A DNA stretch of 60,849 nucleotides, filler included, from Fonticula-like sp. SCN 57-25 (taxonomy: Eukaryota), in assembly GCA_001724245.1 (NCBI GenBank). It is 9 parts of 9 records of this genome, joined end to end, with 100 filler letters (N's around TTAATTAATTAA, not from the genome) between each part and the next. Parts side by side here need not be neighbours in the genome. Positions count along the whole stretch, not along the records: positions 36,374 to 42,247 come from MEDX01000506.1; positions 42,348 to 48,220 come from MEDX01000507.1; positions 48,321 to 54,176 come from MEDX01000508.1; 6 more parts are not named here. One strand, given 5' to 3'. How positions within the stretch are numbered: position 1 is the stretch's first letter; each line of letters opens with the position of its first letter. Below are positions 36,374 to 49,324 of the stretch, in pieces. The notes beneath the pieces are model-generated. The model was not told the DNA's origin. It made no database searches and saw only the letters and a program-made list of their open reading frames with translations. The position numbers were made by a program, and so were the translations under genes.

Positions 36374-37206
36374 CTGATCGCCGCGAACGGAACCGCGTAC
36401 GCGGCCCTATTCCGCCGCTTTGTGTTCTCCGGCCGCATATCAACCGCCTTTTCGACGGCGTTTTCTATCAGCATCGGCGCCCCCTTGCTCCCCGCGATCT
36501 CGCTGGCCGTACTGCCCTGCGCGTCCTTTAGCTCAACGTCCGCGCCCGCCTTGATGAGCAGGTCGCACGACGCGCCGTGCCGCTGGTGCGCCGCCCAGTG
36601 CAGCGCCGAGTTGCCCGTCGCGTCCACGATGTGCACATTTGCGCCGAACCGGAGCAGGATCCGCGTCGCATCTTCGGAAAAGCCCTTGAAGACTGCCCAC
36701 ATGAGGGCCGTGCGGCCATCGTTGTCGAGACCATTCACGTTGACGCCGAGGCTCGCGGCGTACAAGACCACGAGAGGAAAGCCAAACTGGGCGCCAATGT
36801 GTAGGATCGACGTGTTGGTGCGGTCGAGCAGATGCGGATTTGCATTGTAGCGGACGAGCAGCGCCATCATGGAAAGATGGCCCTGGCGAGCGGCCCAGTG
36901 GAGCGGAGGCGCGACAAGCTGGCCGCCAACGGCGTTAATGTCGGCACCACTCTTCAAAAGATACTCGGAAATGTCGTGGCGGTTGTTGATCGCGGCCCAG
37001 TGCAGCGCAGTGATCCCTTCGGCATCGACTGTCGTCGCCGTTACCAACTTCTGGTCAATCATGGCTACAACGCGATCCATCGCGCCCGACTGAGCGGCGG
37101 CGAAAAACTCGCGTGTGGTAATCGTCTCGAGCGTCTCTACCGGCGCGGGGGGAGGAGGGTGCGGCGGAGGGCCCGCGGACCACTCGCCCGCGACCGTCGT
37201 CGACAT
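36374..37206 (-). CDS. AKR1: Ankyrin-repeat N-terminus of palmitoyltransferase Akr1/ZDHHC17 (3' end cut by spacer)
   Basis: ITALHWAAINN, GGQLVAPPLHWAARQGH, GRTALMWA, GNSALHWA; the DHHC domain is not in the window. Confidence 0.85.
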
Positions 37207-37277
37207 CGCCGGGGTTCAACCGCCGCAAGTCAATGCTGACTGTGCAAAACAGCAACGATGACTGCGCATAATAAAAT

Positions 37278-37296
37278 CACGTGACATGTGACGCGC
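37278..37296. promoter_or_regulatory. E-box (TCACGTGA) in the AKR1/PXMP4 bidirectional promoter
   Basis: TCACGTGACATGTGAC in a 130-bp divergent gap; TCACGTGA also lies upstream of each WD40-SAM copy (~13934, 16866, 19695). Confidence 0.4.
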
Positions 37297-37336
37297 ATCA
37301 TTCGATTTTTCAGCTTTGCCGTTTGGCTGGTTGACC

Positions 37337-38231
37337 ATGGACGCCATCAACGCGTTCCTCGCGTCGCCGCAGTACCATGACGTGCTCGCGCTCGTCAAGG
37401 GCCTCCGCAACGGTCTTGTCTATGGCGCCAAGATTCGCTTCCCGCACGCGCTCGTGATGACGCTGCTCTTTGGATCTGGCACGTGCGTACCCACGCTATC
37501 AATGATCGCGCATGCCGCGTGCCGTGATCTCGATACTTACACGCGCTGTTTTGCCATGCAGGTGGACGGCAAGTGCCAAGTCGATCTACCGGGCGACGTA
37601 CACGCACTCTACCAATCTCGGCAAGTTTGTGCTGATCTACAAGACGCTCATGCTGGCGCAGCGCAAGCTGTCGGGCAAGGAGCTGAGCCATCACGCCTTC
37701 CTGGCGGGTCTCATCGGCGGATACATTGTCTTTGGCGACGGAAATAACAACGTCAGCTATCAGGTACGCGAATAGAATGATGATTGTGGGAGGACGATCT
37801 GCTGTGGGGCGGCAAAGGCAATGTTTGTTATTGAAATTGTTTTGTGCCGGCGGACATGGTTGCCTTTTCGACACCTTTTATTGCATTTTTATGCATTTTG
37901 ATGCAATTTTTACACTCTTTATTCTATTTTCGTGCACATTTTATGTACATTTTTTCATCCCCCCACTAACCTCTTTTAGATTGTGCTGTATCTGTTTTCG
38001 CGCATCATGGTCGGCCTCGCCAAGCTGTACTGGGAGCGCTCGACCGAAAAGTCGCCCGCCCCTGCGGCCACGTACCCGATCTTTGCCGCCGTCGTGTGGG
38101 GCATCGTCATGTGGCTCTTCCGCCACGAGCGCACGACGCTCCAGCCGTCGCTCCAGGCGTCCATGCAGTACCTCTACAACGACTCGGACAAGTGGGACGG
38201 CCTCCGCAACTGGATCTGGCATAACAAGTAA
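37337..38231 (+). CDS. PXMP4: Peroxisomal membrane protein 4 (PMP24), 3 exons
   Basis: KGLRNGLVYGAKIRFPHALVMTLLF; FLAGLIGGYIVFG; VWGIVMWLF.....LQPSLQASMQYLYNDS..W. Confidence 0.95.
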
Positions 38232-38835
38232 GCCGGTTGTCTTTGGAATCATATCCATAGATGAATTGTGCCTCTTTTTATATTGAAAGTCATTTGTATC
38301 TGCGGTAGGAGCAGTGATCCCATACGTGTTTTTGGCCGGCCCCGTGAGGGAGAGAGTCAGGGGCATTTTTGACACCCTTCAGGACGCACGATGTTTTTCC
38401 TTTTAGCAGTACTTTATCTCTCATATGTCATCTCTCTTGTAGTCAAATACCAATGATATTATTGTTTTTTGTACACCTGGAGAAAAGTGCCCGAGGCGTC
38501 CAGTCGAAGTCATATTCTGTAATTGGATGCATAAAACATAAGAGAAATCATATTTAATGATGGTCAAAATGCGTCTTTTTCACTTTTTATGTTCTCTGAA
38601 GCGTCCCGGCTCTGCCGCCACTCACTTTTATACCTTTTTTATATGGTCAGAGGGCTCGGAAGGGTCGGGCCGGGTGGCCAGCGAGGAAAGTCAAGAAGGG
38701 CCACGTGGATACACATTCGTACAACCAATCGCGATGCACCATGCAAAAATCGTCGCTGTAAAATCGTCTCATCCCCTTTTTCTTTTCTTCTAGGAAAGTC
38801 AGCCGTATTCTGTGTTGTGGGCACAAGAAGGAGCC

Positions 38836-41675
38836 ATGGCCACCGACGACGAGGTGCGCGCGGCGGGAGCAATAGGAAGCGGGAGGGGAAGGGCCAGGTT
38901 GTTTGTGTCTCTTTTACTGACTATTTTTTCTTTTTTGTGTAGATGAAGCGCATGCTTCATAACCTGCAGATTCAGGTTGCAGAATCGAACGGCCGCCAGG
39001 AAGAGCGCGTGCGTACTCCCTCATTTTTTTCCAAAGTAGTTCGAGCCTGTTGTACTGACGAGCGTGAATTGCGTAGATTCGCGGTCTGGAGTCCCTCATC
39101 CTGCGCCAGGATAACATGCTCCAGTCTCTGCTTCAGCAGCAGATGGAGCTCCGCCACGCCATCCGCGTGTCCGAGTACGTGCACCAGCAGGAGCGCATGC
39201 TCAGCCACCAGCAGGCTAGTCTTATGGGCGACCTTCGCGTACGCCCCCCTTCCCTTTCTCTTTCTTTTCCCTTGCTAATGCTCGCTCTTTTTTCAGGGCT
39301 CCGATGGCTCTTACAGCCACCACCACCACGGTGCCGAGCACCACCACCGCCACGGTGCCGACCACGGCATCTCGGCGCACACCAACGCCCCCCCGGCTGC
39401 CTCGGTCAACTATGGTCTTAGCTATGACTCGCGCAACCCCGTTGCTGGCTCCTACGACCCCCGCAACCCCGCCACCGGCGCCTACAGCTCCAACGTGTAC
39501 AACCCCCTCAACAACAACGCGTATGGCGCGAACGCGCACGGCCCGAACGCCTATGTCGCTCAGGCGCCGATCGCCGGCCAGGTCACCGACCACCGCCCCT
39601 CTGCCCCGGTGCCGTACAGCGGCTCTTCCAGCCAGCTCGCCTCGCCCGTGACGCGCAGCGCCGCCCCCGGCATGCCGCAGCCCGCCGGCTATGGCAGCAT
39701 CCGCCACGACCCCGGCCGCCTCCCCCCGGCGCGCACCGGCCTTGACGGCAGCAACGTGCCCGAGTCGGCCCGCCGCGCCGCGCGCCCGACGCTGCTCCCC
39801 GCCAAGTCGTTCGCCCCCGACCGCGACACGCTTGCCGTGTACAAGGCGATGAAGGGCCTCGGCACGGACGAGCGCCGCATCATTGACATTCTCGGCCACC
39901 GCTCTGCCGCGCAGCGCGCCGCCATCGCCGAGACGTTCCAGCAAAACTACAAGAAGAAGCTGACGGACGCGCTCGCGAGCGAGCTCTCCTTCAACTTTAA
40001 GGCGGTCACCCTCGCGCTCATGAAGCCCCCGGCCGTCTACGACGCCTGCGAGGTCCGCGACGCCGTCAAGGGCGCCGGCACGGACGACGCGACGCTCATT
40101 GAGGTTCTGTGCGGCCGCAACAACCAGCAGATCCGCGAGCTCAAGGACGCCTACCAGAAGGAGTTTAGCCGCGACATCGTTGCTGATGTGACGGACGACA
40201 CCTCGGGCGACTACCAGAAGCTGCTTCTCGAGATCCTCAAGGGCCAGCGCGAGCCCGAGGGCCCCGTCAACGAGGCTGCCGCCAAGGAGGACGCTGCGCT
40301 GCTGTACAAGGCCGGCGAGGCCAAGATCGGCACTGACGAGGACACGTTCATCCGCATCCTCACGACGCGCAGCTTTGCGCACCTGCAGGCGGTCATGGGC
40401 CACTACCAGAAGCTGAGCGACTATGACATTGAGCGCGCCATCAAGAAGGAGATGTCGGCCAACCTCAAGCGCGCGCTCGTGAGCATCTGCCAGTTTGCCC
40501 GCAACCCGTACGAGTACTATGCCAACCGCCTCGAGAGCATGATGAAGGGCGCCGGCACCAACGACAAGGGCCTCATCCGCATTATTGTCTCGCGCTGCGA
40601 GATTGACCTCGGCAACATCAAGGCCGAGTATTTCACGCTCTTCAAGCGCTCGCTCGAGGCCGCCGTCAAGTCTGAGACGTCTGGCAACTACCGCGAGATG
40701 CTCAACGCGCTCATCTCGGGCGACGAGAGCGGCTTCAACCCCGAGGTTGACGCCAAGACGCTCCGCCGCGCCATGAAGGGCATTGGCACCGACAATGACA
40801 AGCTCATGCAGGTGCTCGGCACGCGCTCGAACGAGCAGCGCCAGATGATTGCCGCCGCCTACAAGAGCGCGTACCAGCGCTCCCTCCGCGAGGACCTCCG
40901 CAAGGAGACGTCGGGCGACTTTTCCAAGCTGCTCGACTGCATGATGATGACGCCGCCGCAGCTTGACGCGTGGACCGTGAACCGCTGCGTCAAGGGCCTC
41001 GGCACTGACGACGACACGCTCATCGAGGTGCTGTGCACGCGCTCCAACATGGAGCTGCGCGCCATGATGGAGGAGTACAAGGTGCTCTTCAACAAGGACT
41101 GCGTCGCCGACGTTCGCGACGACACCTCGGGCGACTACCAGGACCTTCTCCTTGCCCTTCTCGCCGCCCAGCGCGACGAGAGCAACATGGTCAACCCCGT
41201 CGCCGCCAAGGAGGACGCCTCTGCGCTCTACAAGGCCGGCGAGGGCAAGGTCGGCACCGACGAGAAGGCCTTCATCGACATTCTCACGCGCCGCAACTTT
41301 TACCAGCTGCGCCTCGTCTTTGACGAGTACGACAAGATGTGCGACTACTCGCTCGAGGCGTCCATCAAGCGCGAGACGTCGTTCAACTTTAGGCGGTGCC
41401 TCATCGCCATCGTGCGCGCGGTCCGCGAGCCGGCGGCGTACTTTGCCGAGCGCCTCATGCAGTCGATGAAGGGCGCGGGCACCAACGACCTGCAGCTCAT
41501 CCGCGTCATCCTCAACCGCAGCGAGGTCGACATGGCCGACATTCGCGATGTCTACCACAAGAACTACAAGATGTCGCTCGAGAAGGCCATCGAGAATGAT
41601 ACCAGCGGCTTTTACAAGAAGCTGCTCATCAAGATTATCGAGTACTGGACCGGCAGCGCGCCCATGGCCTTTTAA
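38836..41675 (+). CDS. Eight-repeat (double-core) annexin with coiled-coil/His/Pro-Tyr-Gly-rich N-terminus, ~874 aa
   Basis: Exons 38836-38853, 38943-39008, 39077-39238 and 39297-41675, all phase 0; eight GxGT(D/N) endonexin motifs. Confidence 0.95.
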
Positions 41676-42184
41676 GCGCGTTTCCGCAGGGCGGTCGCGT
41701 TTAGCTTTCTTTCTCTCTCTATCTGCCCCGCGTGCGTGTGCGTGTTGCTTTGGTAACCCACTGCCCACCATTAGCAACATTGATTGTTTGGGTCTCTTTT
41801 ACTATTTCACCGGCATGTATGTCAAGGGCGCCTCTTTTGGCGTCCTTTCCTCTATTCCATCTTTCAGCAATGCAACAATCTACCGCGTATTTGTTCTTAT
41901 CGGAAAGTGGTCCAAAAGTGATGAAAAGTAAATCACTTTGATGGTGATGCCCATGTTACGATGCCCAAAAAGTCATAATAATCCATAGTTATATGGCAAG
42001 TTCATTGACTATATTGCTCACCTTACCATATCTATAGCTACCTATTTCATTGCTTATACATCTTTTTCCAATGACGTGCATCATAAGCGTAATATTGCGT
42101 GCCGTATTGCTCAGCCGTCGCCGAAAATGACGCACACTATGATCAGTCGCCATTGGTCGCCGCGGACGCCATTTAATTTAATCC

Positions 42185-42235
42185 GACCAATCAGCGGCCA
42201 TCCTCACTAAACCAACCAATCAGCAACGCAATCCC
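42185..42235. promoter_or_regulatory. CCAAT-box cluster at contig end
   Basis: CCAATCAG twice; the same motif occurs at ~44068 (DMC1/PH gap) and ~57666 (APH1/HBS1 gap). Confidence 0.4.
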
Positions 42236-42247
42236 CACAAACCGACC

Positions 42248-42347
42248 NNNNNNNNNNNNNNNNNNNNNNNNNNNNNNNNNNNNNNNNNNNNTTAATTAAT
42301 TAANNNNNNNNNNNNNNNNNNNNNNNNNNNNNNNNNNNNNNNNNNNN
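42248..42347. other. Artificial contig spacer
   Basis: N run with TTAATTAATTAA. Confidence 0.98.
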
Positions 42348-42624
42348 CAAGAGAGATCACGAGGAAGAGAGCCGTAAAAAAGAAGCGAGAAAAGCACCGC
42401 ATGGCAAACAATCCCGTTTCAATCCGGATCGATCCGGATCCAATAGTGTAAGCAATCTGCTGATCAAGTTTGCTTGTTAAATCGACCATATTGGACCGCT
42501 GGTTACGTCCGAGATATACCGAGAAAAGGCATAAAATATGTGTTCCTTGCTGCAATCAGCTTCAAACTTAATCTAAACTAAATATATAAATAAAACGAGT
42601 ACAAAAGCGGGAATAAGGGAGCGA

Positions 42625-43885
42625 CTAATCCTTGGCATCCATAATACCGCCTTGGCAAATTTGAAATACGGCTTCGTTCTCGGGAAGGCACGGGCTGTCA
42701 TAGATCTTGCACACGCGCGTCTCTGCGCGGCCCTTGCGAAGGGACAGGCGGGTAGTGGAAGCGTGCGCAAGAATATGGCCGCCAACGGGCTTCTTGGGGT
42801 CGGCGACAAAGGTCATGCCGGCGCCGGGATCGGAAGTCATCTATGCGAGCATAAGTACCGGCTAGGAGTAGGATATATGATCGTACCTGGTTCGTGATGA
42901 CGATGGCAACGTTAAACTCTTCAGAGAGTTTGATAAGGCGCGACATCATTTGGTTCAGCTTTTGCTGGCGGTCGGCAAGCTCGCCGCGGCCCGAATAGTC
43001 GACACGGAAGAGCGCAATGATAGAGTCGATAATCTATCGCGGCCGCAGTCAGCACAAAATACCTCAATATTTGTTGCGTACCAAGAGGCGATATGCGCCG
43101 CCCTCTTCGTGGAAGCGAGCCGCCAAAAGCGTGAGCATGTCCATCTGGGTGTCGCTGGTGAAGCAGCGCGCAAAAATGACGTTCTCGAGCACGGCCTCGA
43201 CATCAAGGTCAAAGCGCTCGGCAATCTCGCGAATACGGTCGGGGCGGCTAAAACAATATACATTAAGCGCATGTTTTCAATTAAAAGCATGTATCGCACA
43301 AGGTTCCCTCGGTGTCAATGTAGACCGCCTTGCCGTTGGCGCCGCCCATGTTTGTTGGCAGCTGCGACGTGACGCACAGAGTATGGCACAGCTGCGTTTT
43401 TCCAGTACGGAATTCGCCAAATATTTCAGTGATGCTCTGGGTCTCGATGCCTCCGCCGAGAAGCTTGTCGAGCTCTGCGCTGCCGGTCGTGATGCGCACG
43501 ATGCGCTCGCGGCGGCTGTTGTACTCGAGGGCCGTCATGAACGCCGCGGGGTCGTAAATTTTCGACGCCGCCTCCTTTACCTTGTCCACCTTTGCCTCCG
43601 AATACCCCTTAATATTGAGGAGAAACTTGCGCGTGCACATGTGCAGGCCCTTGACAGTGCACACGCCGGCCAGCTTGAGCTTGGTAATATCCGCCGCGTT
43701 GATCCCGTGCTTCTGAAGCTCGTCAATGTCCTGATAAAACAGCTCCTACTCGCGGCAAGCACGCGTTTAGTAAAGTACATACAATCCATGTACAGCCGTA
43801 CTTCCTCGTCGCCGTTGCCTCCCATCATCATGGCCTCCTCGGCTTCGTCGGTGGCGCTCGCCATCGCCATCTTTTTGGGCGGCAT
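42625..43885 (-). CDS. DMC1: Meiotic recombinase DMC1, multi-exon
   Basis: [74 protein letters not shown] (DMC1-type L1/L2 loops). Confidence 0.88.
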
Positions 43886-44128
43886 CTCTGCGCGGCAAAA
43901 GAAAAGCAAGTGTGTGCCGTCCCATTCTTGCTCGCCGCCCTTTTTATACGCTTTTCCCGCCCAAACTCAATTCGGGCTGCAATAAAATTCACGTCGGGCC
44001 GCGTTTTATGCCATTCTGGGCCACGAGCTGTCAGCATTTGAGAATCAAAACAAAGGTCGCAGCGCACCAATCAGGACCGCCCTTGCCTGTGACTCCACCC
44101 CTGCATTTTCTATTTGACGTGTCAGACG

Positions 44129-45369
44129 ATGTCGGCGGACGCAGGGGCGGTGGACGCGGCGGTGGCGGCGTCGCGCGCTTTGCTCAAGGCAGCGGCAGCG
44201 GCGCCGCTGAAACCCGCGAGGCGAACTGTCAAGGCGCAGGCTTGGCTCGCCCGGTGGATCTCTTCCGCTTCGGATTTCCGGGCGTACTGCGGTGTTTTGG
44301 AGGGCGGCTACATCCACTACTTTCTCGATGTGCGTCTCCTTGTCGTCGCTGTAAAATGTCGCTTAACACTGTTTTTCTCTCGCAGGACGCGCAGACGAAA
44401 AAGGACCCGCAGTCCGGGAGCTTTGCCGTCCAGGGCTGCTCTGTGCGCGTGGTGTCCTCCTCGGACGGCGGCTGCATGCTCGAGCTCGTTCCCGAGTCGG
44501 GCCCCTCTGAGTTGCTCATCTTTAGCGACGCGGCCGACCTGCTCGCGATGGGCCGCAATGTCCTAAAGCTGGCGCGCCGCTCGGGCACAAACTATTCTGC
44601 GCAGGAGACAACGCTGCTCGCCGCCGACTCTTCCCTGGACTCTGTAATGGCCGCCTCGGCCGAGTCGCCCTCTTCCACCCAGCCGACCCTTGCGGCGTCG
44701 TCGTCGCCGCAGCCCCTGCTGCGCCCGTCGGACGGCCCGAGCATTGCCGGCCGTCCCCTCAGCGAGATCCGCAGCCGCGACCGCGCCGTGAAGCGCGAGG
44801 GCTTTATGCTCCTTCAGGTGGGCTCGCTTCAGGACATGCCTCGGCGTTTCTGGTTCGAGATTCAGGGTGGGTTCCTGATGTGGTTCAATGACGCGCGCGA
44901 TGCCGCCAAGGTGGGCGGCAACCAGGAGCAGCCTAGCGGCCGCATCGCGCTTGACGACGTGGAGATTGACGAGCAGGTGTCGCCCGTGGCCGACGTGGCG
45001 CTCGCAGAGTCGCTGGACAGCGCCGCGCAGGCCGCCAAGGCATCTCTCGCGGCGGTGCCGGGCAGGCCAGCGTCCGTCGCGCTCTCATCGCTGTCGCTGG
45101 CGGACGGCACGCAATGGTTCGGCGCCAACGTGACGGAGTTCCTCATGCTCAAGCGGCGCGAGGAGGAGCTCGTGCACTCGGCCGACAGCGCCGAGCCCAT
45201 CGTAAAGTCAAAGATTACGCTCGCGCGGACGGGGACGCCGCACTACCTGTACCTCACCGACAAGGCAGAGCTCACGGACTGGGTCGAGGAGATACGTGCG
45301 ATGGCCAAGGTCGAGGGGCTGCGCCGCGCCAACTCGGCGGGCGGCGCGGCCAAGAAGACGGCGGCGTAG
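44129..45369 (+). CDS. Tandem PH-domain protein, 2 exons
   Basis: KAQAWLAR......RAYCGVLEGGYIHYF; KREGFML......RRFWFEIQGGFLMWF...PSGRIAL...LTDWVEEIR. Confidence 0.7.
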
Positions 45370-45453
45370 GGGAGACAGCATCTAGGCAGATTTAAAATCA
45401 TATTACATTTTATGGATACTACTTATATGTGCACACAAATATAAACTTTACAA

Positions 45454-46778
45454 TCACTCCATCTTTAGCGGCTTGCCGGCGAGGCTCGGGTCCAGCTCGA
45501 TGGCGCGCTCCTTTAAAAAGGCCTGCAGCGTGTCGACCAGCAAAAAGACGTGCCCGAGGCCGTACAGCAGCGTCCCGGCAAAAAAAAAATTGGCGTTCCC
45601 GCTGCCAGCAATGATCCACAGGTGCCAAAAGAGCGGGCAGAGTGTCGCGCCGACAATGATGAGGTACGTGCTGAGGACGCCAAAGCGCATGTGCGCGGTG
45701 AGCCGCGCGTACGCCAGCAGAAGGCCCATGTAGGGCGCCACGTCGCCCGCGGAGGGGTACGGCTTGAACAGCGCCGTAATCCCGGTCAGCACAAGCGATA
45801 ACATAAGCGGTTCCTTACTACGAACACGGTATTAGTATAAGAAAAACAAAAGTTGGGACGCACTGAAGCGAGATGGTCAGCGGGACGCAGTAAAAGAAGA
45901 GGAGCAGCTGCGAGGACCAAAGGAAGAGCGGCTTGAATACGGAAAAGACTTCAGTGTAAAAGTACCACATAAAGCCAATGTTTGGGGTGAGGTCAGGGGC
46001 TGCGAGCGTGAAGCCATACGTCGCCTCGATGAACGACCATGAGCCGGCATAGGACGCGGACGCGAACAGGAGGCCGGCGAGCGACCCGGCCGCCGCGAGC
46101 AGCAGCACCAGCACGCCGATAGTGCCGCCGCGCCTCGAAATGAACGCCACCAGGGGCGCCAAGAGGACAATATTGTACAGAGACAGGTACGTGGCGATGG
46201 CGAGGCCCGCGCCGGCAAAAAGTGCGCGGCCACGTTGGGCTAGGGCGATGCACACCAGGATGGCGGCGTTGCTCAGCGCGACGCTCGACTTGGCGCCGCT
46301 CGAGAGCAGACCAAACGGATTAAGCAGGTATCTAGCAACCCTCACGTTTAGTACTTTGGCGTATTCAAGGGATGATGGCGCACAGGCACGCAGCCGCCCA
46401 GGGGGAGATGGCGCCCTTCTGCCCGCTGTGCTTCACTATCGACGCGATGGCGAGAGCCGCGATCACGTCCGCGAGCAGCACAGTCAGCGTTACGTCAAAG
46501 GGAAACGCGTATGACTGGGCGAGGACCGAGGGTAGGAGCACCAAGGGTGGCTGGTGAAGCAGCCCCGAAGCGTAGGGGTCCGTGCCCTGAAGCATGTGCC
46601 AGACGCCATCGCGAACTACAAAAAGTTAGTAAAGCAAAACAAAAGGTAAGTACATACGGGACATGCTGTCCGACACTGGCGTCACTAGCTCGACGCGGTT
46701 CTCTAATACGCCGCTCATTGCAAGCGCCGCTCGCGCGGCCAGGGCCGCCCCGGCCACCGCCGCTACTTCAAACGCCAT
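45454..46778 (-). CDS. PIGU: GPI transamidase subunit PIG-U/Gab1, multi-exon
   Basis: RVELVTPVS; PY..GLLHQPPL; YLLNPF; PDLTPNIGFMWYFYTE.F; LFKPYPSAGD; LWIIAGSGNANFFFA. Confidence 0.93.
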
Positions 46779-46871
46779 TGCAAACTGATCGCCAGATTGC
46801 GATTGCAAACTCATATCAGATTGCAATCGCTAACCTCGTGGCGTTACTTGAACCGACCCGCGTGGATCCTC

Positions 46872-48220
46872 ATGCCTGGAGTGGTTGCTGATTCGTCCGC
46901 TATGGATGTTACAAAGTCCAAGAAGAAGAAGACCGCCGTCGTCGAGGCTGAGTCTGAGGAGGAGGTTGTCGTCAAGGTGAAGAAGTCGAAGCGCTCTGAG
47001 GAGTCTGGCGAGAGCAAGCGCAAGCGCTCGAGCGAGGCCGCCGCTGAGGAGGAGGAGGAGCCCGCCGTCGAGGCCAAGCCCAAGAAGTCCAAGAAGAGCA
47101 AGGCCACCGAGGAGGAGAAGGAGGAGAAGCCCGCGGCCGAGGAGGATGGCGTTGATCCCAAGCTCGCGCTTTCCAACTTCCGCATCTCGGCGCTGAGCGT
47201 CTCTGCGCTCAAGGCCCGCGGCGTCAAGGCGCTCTTCCCGATCCAGGCGCAGACCTTCAACCCGATCTTTGAGGGCAAGGATGTCGTCGGTCAGGCGCGC
47301 ACCGGCTCTGGAAAGACGCTCTCTTTCTCGCTGCCCATTATGGAGCGCATGTTTGAGAACCCGCGCAAGTCGCGTGGCCGCGGCCCTATGTTCCTCATCC
47401 TCGCGCCGACCCGCGAGCTCGCCAAGCAGATCGAGAAGGAGATCGAGACCCTTTGCAGCGGCCGCCCCATCACGCTGGCCTGCTTCTACGGCGGCACGTC
47501 GTACGACTCGCAGAACTCGGCAATGTACAACGGCATCGACGTGGTACGTTTTGATTTTCTTCTGTTGCTTTTGGCTGACCCCGCGTGTTTCCCAGCTTGT
47601 CGGCACGCCCGGCCGCATCACTGACCACACGAACAACGGCCGCCTCGACCTCAGCCAGGTCAAGTATGTTGTGCTCGATGAGTGCGATCGCATGCTCGAG
47701 ATGGGCTTTGCCGAGGCCGTCGACGAGATCCTCAAGTCGCTCTACGTGGACGCCAACAACAAGCCCCAGACGCTTCTGTTCTCTGCCACGATGCCGCGCT
47801 GGGTGCGCGAGACCGCCCGCAAGTACCTTGCCGAGGACAAGATCAGTGTTGATCTTGTCAGCAATGAGCAGCAGAAGACGTCGACCACGATTCAGCACCT
47901 CGCCATCAAGTGCCCCTGGACCGAGCGCCCGACCACCATCCGCGACGTGCTCAAGGGTACGCAGTCACGCTTTGGTTGTTATGGGCGGTCCGCTGACACC
48001 CTTTTCAGTGTACTCTGGCTCGTACGGCCGCACGATCATTTTCACGTCGACCAAGAAGGAGGCGAACGAGCTTGGCCTTAGCTCGCTGATGCAGTCCGAG
48101 TGCCAGGCGCTCCACGGCGACATCCCTCAGACGCAGCGCGAGCGCACGCTCGAAAAGTTCCGCGAGGGCAAGGTCAAGTGCCTGATTGCGACGGACGTTG
48201 CCGCGCGCGGTATTGACATT
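46872..48220 (+). CDS. DDX21: Nucleolar DEAD-box helicase DDX21/DDX50 family (3' end cut by spacer)
   Basis: [78 protein letters not shown]. Confidence 0.9.
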
Positions 48221-48320
48221 NNNNNNNNNNNNNNNNNNNNNNNNNNNNNNNNNNNNNNNNNNNNTTAATTAATTAANNNNNNNNNNNNNNNNNNNNNNNN
48301 NNNNNNNNNNNNNNNNNNNN
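48221..48320. other. Artificial contig spacer
   Basis: N run with TTAATTAATTAA. Confidence 0.98.
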
Positions 48321-48327
48321 GACGACG

Positions 48328-48904
48328 ATGTCGCGCGCGCCACTCGAGAACGCCAACCCCACGGTGTACAGCGTGCGCAGCGCGTCGCGGAGGCGCGCGC
48401 AGGACGGCGGAGCGGAAGGAGGACGCCAAACCATCGACGAGGAGGAGATCTTTGGTGCGCAATTGCTATATTTTTGTATTTTGTTCTCATTGGTCATCAG
48501 ATCTGATCCGGAGCATCAATGATCCCGAGCATCCCTTGACGCTCGAGCAACTCAATGTGACTCAGCTTGAGCACATTTCTGTCGATGACGCCAATGGCTA
48601 CGTGCTTGTCCGCTTCACGCCGACGATCCCGCACTGCAGCATGGCGACGCTCATTGGCCTCTGCATTCGCGTGCGGCTTTTGCGATCCCTTCCGAGCCGC
48701 TTCAAGATTGACGTCCTGCTCAATCCCGGGACGCATCAGTCGGAGCATTCGGGTACGTGGCGATCATGGTTGGGGATCTGAATGATGCTGATGCGAGCGA
48801 TAGTGAACAAGCAGCTGAGCGACAAGGAGCGTGTGGCGGCCGCGCTCGAGAACGCGCATCTGCTCGATGTGGTGGAGCAGTGCCTATTGCCGACAGCGGC
48901 ATGA
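48328..48904 (+). CDS. CIAO2B: Cytosolic Fe-S assembly component CIAO2B/FAM96B/Cia2, 3 exons
   Basis: [63 protein letters not shown]. Confidence 0.95.
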
Positions 48905-49324
48905 GCAGCGTTTATTGATGACGTGCACACGTGTATATTTTTGGTATATAGCTTAATGTATGGGTAGTATTGTTATCGATGTATGCGACTTTTTGGCAGT
49001 GACTCGCGGTCATGAAAACTAAGCTGTGGTTTGATTCTTCTTTATTTTGGATACGAAAAGCACACATGAGTCATACACGAGCACGATAATGATGGCCAAT
49101 ATGACATCAATTTCAATGCTCATATATGACGCAATACCCGCTCAAAGTACATGATGTACACTACTTGGTACACATACCCAGCGGCAGTCGTGCAAAGGTC
49201 ACAATTACTACAGAGTCACAACACAACATATGACAGAATAAAACAACACGAACACTACGAATGAAGAAAATACACACTAAAATACTACTGAACGTGAACA
49301 CTGATTGGCCTCATAATGGCATCC

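Noticed and set aside
39222-41780. 852-aa antisense ORF over the annexin
   Set aside because: Shadow of strong GC3 codon bias; no recognisable motifs.
42348-42490. Short hydrophobic ORF start on the minus strand at the contig edge
   Set aside because: Too little sequence to support a gene call.
43017-43985. 322-aa antisense ORF over DMC1, and similar ones at 19819-20580, 34233-35144 and 46830-47735
   Set aside because: Antisense shadows of GC-rich genes.
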